A DNA stretch of 64,000 nucleotides, from contig JBPOGI010000002.1 of NCBI GenBank assembly GCA_051251855.1, positions 128,001-192,000 on the forward strand, in the 5' to 3' direction. The translations under genes were made by a program, and so were the position numbers. This DNA comes from Roseibacillus sp. Its GTDB lineage: Bacteria > Verrucomicrobiota > Verrucomicrobiia > Verrucomicrobiales > Akkermansiaceae. The notes beneath the pieces are model-generated. The model was not told where the DNA came from. It worked only from the letters and a program-made list of their open reading frames with translations, and ran no database searches. Positions 57,399-64,000 of the stretch are shown piece after piece. Position 1 is the first letter of the stretch; every line of letters starts with the position of its first letter.

Positions 57399-58133
57399 GT
57401 GGAAGAGACCGAATATAAGGTCAAGCTGGACATTTTCGAGGGTCCGCTGGACCTCCTGCTGTATTTAATCAAGCGGGAAGAGTTGGATATTACCGAGGTT
57501 TCCATCGAGAAAATTACTCGGCAGTATTTGGACTACATCGAGACCTTTCGGATGTTGAATATCGATTTGGCATCAGAGTTCATTGTGATGGCTGCCAATC
57601 TGATTTATCTGAAGAGTCGCACTCTGCTTCCTAAGCAAGAGCGTCCGCCCGAGGAAGATATTGATGAGGATGATCCGCGGTGGGAGCTCATTCGTCAGCT
57701 CATCGAGTATAAGAAATTCAAGGATGCCGCCGGCTACCTTTCGAAGCGGGAGGAGGAGCAGGAAGATTATTTCCCTCACAGCCCAGAGAAACCGGAGCTA
57801 CCGCCTGTGGACAACGATCCCGTGGGAGAGCTTTCGATTTTCGATTTGATTCAGGCTTTCCAAAAAGTCTTGAAGCGATTCGAGGCGGTTCATGATTTTG
57901 GACAAATCGTGGACGACCGATTCACGGTCTCGGATAAGGTGGAGTATCTCCTTGCCGAGATGAGGCCGGGGCAGAGTCGGCGTTTTTTGACGCTTTTTGA
58001 GAATGCGACCACCAAGTCAGAGGTGATTGTCACCTTCCTCGCTGTTCTAGAATTGATGAAGATGAATCAGTTTTGCGTGCGGCAAGACCTCCTGCTGGGA
58101 GATATCGAGATTGAACGCCGTGGGGGAGTCTGA
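57399..58133 (+). CDS. scpA: Segregation and condensation protein A
   Basis: FEGPLDLLLYLI, KSR.LLP, TFLA.LEL. Confidence 0.92.
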   Translation: MEETEYKVKLDIFEGPLDLLLYLIKREELDITEVSIEKITRQYLDYIETFRMLNIDLASEFIVMAANLIYLKSRTLLPKQERPPEEDIDEDDPRWELIRQLIEYKKFKDAAGYLSKREEEQEDYFPHSPEKPELPPVDNDPVGELSIFDLIQAFQKVLKRFEAVHDFGQIVDDRFTVSDKVEYLLAEMRPGQSRRFLTLFENATTKSEVIVTFLAVLELMKMNQFCVRQDLLLGDIEIERRGGV

Positions 58134-58725
58134 ACAGAAAGAGCGCATTGCGTTGTTTGGGGGGACCTTCGATCCAGTACACGAGGGTCACATTGAGGTC
58201 GCTCGCAATGCGGTGGAAACTTTGGGGCTGAGCCGGGTGGTGTTCCTTCCTTGCCGTCAGTCGCCTCACAAGGCAGTCGCTGCGGGAGCCTCCGAAGAGG
58301 AGCGCCTTGAGATGCTCAAGTTAGCCACCAAAGACCTCGCGTGGGCAGAGGTGAGCGATTGGGAGTATCACCAGCCCGTGCCCTCATTCTCTTGGCGCAC
58401 GGCGGAGGCCTTTCAGGAGCGATTTATTCACTCACAGCTGTATTGGCTCATGGGTTGGGATCAGTGGAAGGTCCTACCCTCATGGAATCGTTCCGACTAT
58501 CTGGGCGAACTCGTGGACTTCATTGTTCACGCGCGCGACGGGGACGGCAATGGAGAGGAACTATTGAAGCACCCAGGCACACGGGTTGATTTCGTTACTG
58601 GTGACCATCCGGCTTCATCAAGTGAGATTCGTCGTTGCCTGAGTAAGGGAGAAGGGATTCCGGAGCTCTGGTTGCACCCAGAGGTGGAAAAATTGCTGTG
58701 TCGAAGCGGCCTTTACCTGCAATGA
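58111..58725 (+). CDS. nadD: Nicotinate-nucleotide adenylyltransferase
   Basis: GGTFDPVHEGH, SPHK, SSSEIR. Confidence 0.9.
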   Translation: MNAVGESEQKERIALFGGTFDPVHEGHIEVARNAVETLGLSRVVFLPCRQSPHKAVAAGASEEERLEMLKLATKDLAWAEVSDWEYHQPVPSFSWRTAEAFQERFIHSQLYWLMGWDQWKVLPSWNRSDYLGELVDFIVHARDGDGNGEELLKHPGTRVDFVTGDHPASSSEIRRCLSKGEGIPELWLHPEVEKLLCRSGLYLQ

Positions 58726-58765
58726 GAGCTTGCCAGATAGGGTCTAAGGTTTCATTAATCTTTGT

Positions 58766-59569
58766 ATGAACATGACCCGAAAATTTCTTTTGAGTGGCGC
58801 ATTATTTGGTCTTTCGATGGCGGCTTCGTTTTCTCAAGAAGTGAGTAGGCTCGAAGGCGCGGGTGAGGCGCCGGCCTATGTTGCCCGGTTCACAAACTTG
58901 CCGGAGGAAAAGCGGATGGCTTACGGTGAGCATAAAATGAAGGGGGAAACTTTCTTCCGCCAGAAACGCACTTTTGAGAGCTTGGAGCAAATTCATCTCG
59001 CGCTGAAAATTTTTGACGAGGATCCTTCAATGTGGAATCTGAAAGGTTCCTGCCATGTCGAGTTTCGCTCGTTTGAAAAGGCTCGCGAAGCGTTCAAGCG
59101 TGCTCTAGCTATCGATGGAGATAATACTGGGGTTTTGTTCAATCTTGCAGAGATGGATTTTGTGACCAAGGAGTGGAAAGGTTGCTCCGAAAAAATGACG
59201 ACTTTGATGGAGAAGTTGGAAGAGGGTTCGAATGGAGAGATGTCGGAGCCCACTCTGAACCTCCATCACCTTGCTCTATTTAAGAAGATGCTTTCGCAGT
59301 TGAAGCTGGGTCAGGAAGAAGAAGCTCGTCAACTGGCCAAGGATAATTGGGAAGATTGGGACGACACCCCCTTCACTTATTATTCAAAGGCAGCCTTATC
59401 CTATTTTGAAGAGGACGAGGAAGAAGCCAACCGATGGATTATGTCGGCCGTGCGTGTATTTGGAGGCTTGGATGCGGTGGCAAACTGGCAGGATACCCTC
59501 ATTGAGTTTGGCTATGTGAAGAGCTTCTACGGGGGAGAGGAAGGCGAGATCGATGTTTCGGACGACTAA
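58766..59569 (+). CDS. Exported TPR protein
   Basis: Signal peptide, TPR-like helices (WNLKG...A...F..AL). Confidence 0.75.
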   Translation: MNMTRKFLLSGALFGLSMAASFSQEVSRLEGAGEAPAYVARFTNLPEEKRMAYGEHKMKGETFFRQKRTFESLEQIHLALKIFDEDPSMWNLKGSCHVEFRSFEKAREAFKRALAIDGDNTGVLFNLAEMDFVTKEWKGCSEKMTTLMEKLEEGSNGEMSEPTLNLHHLALFKKMLSQLKLGQEEEARQLAKDNWEDWDDTPFTYYSKAALSYFEEDEEEANRWIMSAVRVFGGLDAVANWQDTLIEFGYVKSFYGGEEGEIDVSDD

Positions 59570-59619
59570 GAACGCTCGCTTCTTTACTCGTTCGCGTCAG
59601 CAGCCATAACTTGCGCACG

Positions 59620-60366
59620 ATGAGCTTACTCCTTGGTGTCAATGTGGACCACGTCGCGACCCTCCGTCAGGCGCGCTATGCCCTTTTGCCGGACTCTCCC
59701 AATGCGGAGCCGAGCCCTTATGCAGCCTGTGAAGAGGCAGAAAAGGGAGGGGCGGATTCGATTACGATTCATGTGCGCGGAGATCGGCGGCATATGCAGG
59801 AGAAGGACGCTTTCGAGATTCGTTCGAAGTGTTCTTTGCCCTTGAATTTAGAGATGGGGAACACACCCGAGATGTTAGCTTTGGCGCTGAAGTTGAAGCC
59901 AGACTTCGTTTGTCTGGTTCCTGAGACGCGGGAAGAGGTGACTACTGAGGGAGGTCTTGATGTGGTTTCCAATTTTGAAGGGACTAAGGAGACAGTCTCG
60001 GTTTTGCAACAAGCGGGGATTAAGGTGAGCCTCTTTATCGACCCAGATGCTCCTCAAGTGGAGGCTGCTGGCAAGATTGGCTCAGAGATGATTGAGTTGC
60101 ACACGGGAGCTTTTGCAAATGCGACCGGCGAGGCGGAAGCGGCGGAGTTGGTGCGCTTGAGCAATGCAGCCGAGCAAGGGCATGGACTGGGATTACAAGT
60201 CAATGCGGGGCATGGCTTGAATCGCGAAAACTTAGGGAGATTTTTGACGGTGCCGCATCTCACCGAGCTCAATATCGGTCATAGCATCGTGGCGCGCTCA
60301 GTCTTTGTGGGATTTACAGAGGCAGTGAGGGAGATCAAAGCTTTGATGGAGAACTACTCTGCCTAA
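59620..60366 (+). CDS. pdxJ: Pyridoxine 5'-phosphate synthase
   Basis: LGVNVDHVATLRQAR, DRRH, TTEGG, ELHTG, AGHGL, ELNIGH. Confidence 0.95.
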   Translation: MSLLLGVNVDHVATLRQARYALLPDSPNAEPSPYAACEEAEKGGADSITIHVRGDRRHMQEKDAFEIRSKCSLPLNLEMGNTPEMLALALKLKPDFVCLVPETREEVTTEGGLDVVSNFEGTKETVSVLQQAGIKVSLFIDPDAPQVEAAGKIGSEMIELHTGAFANATGEAEAAELVRLSNAAEQGHGLGLQVNAGHGLNRENLGRFLTVPHLTELNIGHSIVARSVFVGFTEAVREIKALMENYSA

Positions 60367-60761
60367 TGCAGCTCTTTGGTATTGGTATCGACGTGGTCGA
60401 AGTTTCCCGCATTGAGGAATCGATTGCGGAGTTTGGGCAGAAATTTCTGGACCGGATTTTCACCGCTCGTGAGCAGGAGTATTGTGAGAAGCAAAAGCGG
60501 TGCGCGATTCACTATGCAGCGCGCTTTGCGGCGAAGGAGGCCGTGTCCAAGGCCTTTGGCACCGGGATTGGTAAGGATGTGAGCTGGTTAGACCTCGAGG
60601 TAGTGCGCAAGGCTTCCGGTGAGCCGGAGGTTGTTCTCGGTGGTCGTGCCAAGGAGTTCGCGGACGAAAACCAAGTGGGTGCGATTAAGATCAGCCTGAC
60701 CCACGCCCAGCACTATGCGGCTGCCAATGCGGTAGTGCTGTCGCTGGATGAGAGGGGCTAG
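60366..60761 (+). CDS. acpS: Holo-ACP synthase
   Basis: GIGIDVVE, RFAAKEA..KA.GTG, SLTH. Confidence 0.93.
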   Translation: MQLFGIGIDVVEVSRIEESIAEFGQKFLDRIFTAREQEYCEKQKRCAIHYAARFAAKEAVSKAFGTGIGKDVSWLDLEVVRKASGEPEVVLGGRAKEFADENQVGAIKISLTHAQHYAAANAVVLSLDERG

Positions 60762-60798
60762 GGCCCAAGGAACTTAAAGCGCTGGGCAGGAGAGTTTC

Positions 60799-63700
60799 CT
60801 AATCTTGTCTTAACCGGGTGACTTTGATGTATCCGTCTCCGTAGTGGGCAACGATGGGGGTGCCATCGGGCATCATGATGATGGAGTTTTCCAGCCCATC
60901 GGTGTAAAGGCCACTGCTAGAGACCCCTCCGATGAATTGATGGCTGATGGTCTCTTCTGAAAATTCCGTTCCGTTAAAGGTGGCGAGATTGAGGTCTATA
61001 CGGGTGAAGTAGCGGTTATGGCTTGAGAGGACGGGACTTCCTGCAGAGTCAAAGGCGAGGTCAGTCGAGATATCTCGGGAGCCGCCAGAAGGGGCTCCTA
61101 ATCGTTCCCACAATCCTCCCGCGAGCTGACGGCTATAGTAGGCGCGGTTGTTGGTGATGTAGAGGGCCACGGCCTGACCGCTTGGGGTGTATGCGTGTCG
61201 AATGTTCTTAATGGTATTCGTTGCACTTGAGTCGACGGTGCTCACTTGCCAATTGGTGCCGTCGAACTCGGTGAGTCTGAGCTGTCTGTCTTCGTAGACG
61301 ATGGAGGGATGCCCGGATGAAGAGAATGCGAGGGAGGAATCGACAACGTTGCCTGGGTCAGCTGGGTCATCAGCCGCTTGACTGGTCCAGCTCGTTCCGT
61401 TGTAGGTTGCGTAGAAGAGCCTCGACCCATTGGTGTAAGAGACAGCGGGTTGACCGGTCGGAGTAAAGGCCAGAGAGAAGGCTTCGCTGCTGGCCGCGGA
61501 GACATCGGAAATGTTCCAAGTCGCGCCGTTTAATTGAGCCACTCTCAGCATGGTGCCTCCGCCGACATCACCTCGAAAAGCAATAGTCGCTTGGTCGGTG
61601 GGGGAGTAGGAGAAGCTCAGAGCGCTAGTTCCGTCATAGAGGCTGGTGTTGATCGTCTGAAGGTTCCACCCAGTTCCGTCCAGGGTAGAGTAGACAATGT
61701 TGCTTGTGGACTGGTCGTAGTAGACGAGCCCGAGGTCACCAGTGGAGGTGGCATCAATATCGGTATTGATGATGTCTGTAGAATCGGTCACCGATGTTGG
61801 GGCAACGAGGCTGGTTTGCCACTGTCGGATACTGGGCCGGACTCGATAGAAGGCTTTGGGTGCTGTGGTTGAGTCCATGACGCTGAGGCTTGTGGGTTCG
61901 AGGAGGTGGCTAATGGTCTCGCCTTCGATCGTTTCTCCTGTAGCGGGAAGGTAGGAAAAGATTTTGTCAAAGGTCTGCAGATCAAAGGAGCGTTCGACGT
62001 CGATGCTAAAGCCCTCGGCCACGTCCGCATCGTAGCTCTCGCTGACCCCAAAGCGAATGCCGCGCGTTGCTGGGTCGGAGAGGGCGGTAGGGAGCGCGAG
62101 GTTCTGCGCCACAGGCTCATCTCCCAACGGGTTGGTCCCGAGAGCGAGTTCAAGCATGGTGGAAAGTCCGTCGCCATCGAGGTCCACGGGAAAGAGTCCG
62201 TCAGGCTGCAGTTCGACAGCACCGAGGTCTACCTCGCCCGTGGGCGAGAGGGTAGAGTTCGATGGGTTGTGTCGGGGGAGGCCACGCTGGTCGGTGAGGG
62301 TGCTGCTGCCGACTGTGGGCAATCCAAGGCGTCCCGCATTGACGGCGGGGGCGTGAGGGATGGGAGGGCAGGTGCGCGTGGGGCCGCCATAGTCGCCTAA
62401 AGGGGCGAATCCTGAGGCGGTGTATCTTACGAAGTTCTTAGAGCTAAGGAGTAGAAGTTGCCCGGTTCCTATTGAGAGAGGCGCAAAGCCGATGATGCTT
62501 GGTCCGTCAAAGGAGATGCCATTGGCGGAGATGATATCTAAGTCGGTTCGGGATTCGGTGAAATCGGAGTTGCCAACGATGGCACAGTGACGAATGAGGA
62601 TGTCGCCAACGTCGCTGCTGGGTCTGCTGATTCCGCTTCCCGAGTTCGCAGTGATGGTGCAATGGATGAGGGTGAGGGGAGCGGCATCGCCGCCATCATC
62701 CTTGTAGATGCCTCCGCCGTCACTCTGGCTAACGTTGTTGGCAATGGTGACGTTTTCCAAGAGAGTTTCTCCAGTGGTGTAAATTCCGGCTCCGTCTGCA
62801 AATTGAGAGGAGAGGCTGTTCTCGGTGATTTCGGAATTTTTAACTACCAGCTTGTGGTCGTCGTTATAGATCCCGCTATCATTGCCACGAATAGCTGAGG
62901 TGAGAATGGTGACCGTGGCGGTGGACGGGTTGTTATTTTCGATCTGAATTCCAGTAGAGGTGTTGTCTCTGATCGAGCAGTCCTCGATGAGGGTCTCACC
63001 CGAGTGGAGAAGAAGACCGCAGTTGTTATTGCCTACTACGAGACAGTTTTTCAAAGTGAGTGGCTTATCTTGCGCTTTGCTGAGTCCAATATAGCCATTC
63101 TGGAGCACGAACGAGTCCATGGTGAGTGCTTCGTTGGCGACAAGAATCGTTGATGATGAGGTGAACGTACCATCTAGAATGAGGGGGTCGGTTAAGTCCG
63201 ATGCGTCAAGGGTGAGGGGAGCGGAGGTTTCCAGTGAGCCGTTGCTTTCAGCGAGAAAAATGGTTTGTCCGCTCAGGGAACTGTCCAAAGAAATGGTTCC
63301 ATTAGCCTCCTGAAGACTGAGCCCGTCGCGCAGGGTTCCTGTCAGCCCGGCATCATCAAGGTGGGAGCTGACAAGATAGTTTCGATTGCCCTCGGCGGCT
63401 CCATGATCGGGGGTGGAGTCCCTCGCGATGCCTCGCTGGTCTGTGGCTTGGTAGGTTCCGGCGATTTCATCGACGGCAAGAGAACCGAATTGGGGGGGGC
63501 GTGTCTGGGTTGTGCCTCCATAGTAGCCGAGTGGAAGCAGCGCGTCGATTTGAGCGCTGGTGAGCATCAAGGTTTCCGTCGAATTGAAGGTGCCTGAGAT
63601 CGTGGTGCCAGCGTGCGGCTCGGCGAAGAGGGAGGCGTTGATGTTTGGAGTGGTTGCCCCGCTCACGATGCGGATGGCGTTTCCGGTTCCACCGAGATTG

Positions 63701-64000
63701 GAGGTGAAGGTGCAATGGATGACTTCGCTCAGTGAGGTGGTCGATCCAATATTAACGGCGCCTCCATTGGCGTTGGCTTCATTGTCGTGGAAGGTGCAAT
63801 TGATGAGGGTGGTCGATCCATTGTTGTTATGAATGGCTCCACCGTCGAAGTTGGCAAAGTTGTCGGCAAAGGTGCAGCCATTGGCGTTGAGCGTTGCAGA
63901 CTCCACGAAGACGGCCCCGCCTCCTGCACTGGTCTCGCAGTCGACAAACTCGCAGTTGGTGAGGTTTAGGGCCCCTCCACTTCGCAGCACGATGGCTCCT
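60799..64000 (-). CDS. Large extracellular beta-helix protein (GGA repeats, choice-of-anchor-Q-like motifs) with C-terminal propeller-like region; 5' end lies beyond the window
   Basis: Repeated NCTF..N.A..GGA; two LG.YGG.T.T...S/P...DQRG..R...D.GA motifs; repeated SLAF..G.P units. Confidence 0.8.
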   Translation of the reverse strand, partial: GAIVLRSGGALNLTNCEFVDCETSAGGGAVFVESATLNANGCTFADNFANFDGGAIHNNNGSTTLINCTFHDNEANANGGAVNIGSTTSLSEVIHCTFTSNLGGTGNAIRIVSGATTPNINASLFAEPHAGTTISGTFNSTETLMLTSAQIDALLPLGYYGGTTQTRPPQFGSLAVDEIAGTYQATDQRGIARDSTPDHGAAEGNRNYLVSSHLDDAGLTGTLRDGLSLQEANGTISLDSSLSGQTIFLAESNGSLETSAPLTLDASDLTDPLILDGTFTSSSTILVANEALTMDSFVLQNGYIGLSKAQDKPLTLKNCLVVGNNNCGLLLHSGETLIEDCSIRDNTSTGIQIENNNPSTATVTILTSAIRGNDSGIYNDDHKLVVKNSEITENSLSSQFADGAGIYTTGETLLENVTIANNVSQSDGGGIYKDDGGDAAPLTLIHCTITANSGSGISRPSSDVGDILIRHCAIVGNSDFTESRTDLDIISANGISFDGPSIIGFAPLSIGTGQLLLLSSKNFVRYTASGFAPLGDYGGPTRTCPPIPHAPAVNAGRLGLPTVGSSTLTDQRGLPRHNPSNSTLSPTGEVDLGAVELQPDGLFPVDLDGDGLSTMLELALGTNPLGDEPVAQNLALPTALSDPATRGIRFGVSESYDADVAEGFSIDVERSFDLQTFDKIFSYLPATGETIEGETISHLLEPTSLSVMDSTTAPKAFYRVRPSIRQWQTSLVAPTSVTDSTDIINTDIDATSTGDLGLVYYDQSTSNIVYSTLDGTGWNLQTINTSLYDGTSALSFSYSPTDQATIAFRGDVGGGTMLRVAQLNGATWNISDVSAASSEAFSLAFTPTGQPAVSYTNGSRLFYATYNGTSWTSQAADDPADPGNVVDSSLAFSSSGHPSIVYEDRQLRLTEFDGTNWQVSTVDSSATNTIKNIRHAYTPSGQAVALYITNNRAYYSRQLAGGLWERLGAPSGGSRDISTDLAFDSAGSPVLSSHNRYFTRIDLNLATFNGTEFSEETISHQFIGGVSSSGLYTDGLENSIIMMPDGTPIVAHYGDGYIKVTRLRQD

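Overview
Mostly housekeeping DNA from what is probably a Verrucomicrobiota (Verrucomicrobiales-like) chromosome, inferred from the PEP-CTERM protein, DUF1800/DUF1501 pair, sulfatase, short HemA and secreted LamG/beta-helix proteins. It carries argF/argC/argJ, glmM, the kdsA-lpt cluster, hemA, pgi, apt, metF, scpA, nadD, pdxJ, acpS and tRNA-Pro(GGG). The standout feature is a minus-strand operon at 13145-15560: a DUF4266-like lipopeptide ending in CASCH, an outer-membrane beta-barrel, and a signal-peptide-bearing redoxin that the ORF track splits in two. In that redoxin both active-site Cys codons are in-frame TGA (W-U-P-S-U), and a stem-loop starts right after the first TGA. This points to an exported UxxU double-selenocysteine protein. 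Next to it, a cytochrome c/PQQ-type dehydrogenase gene lies between two degenerate inverted copies of a REPIN/MITE-like element. Other notable items are several REP families, a roadblock (MglB-like) plus P-loop-less MglA-like gene pair, and an LptC/LptA-like ORF with an internal second signal-like segment. All family calls come from motif recognition only; no searches were run.
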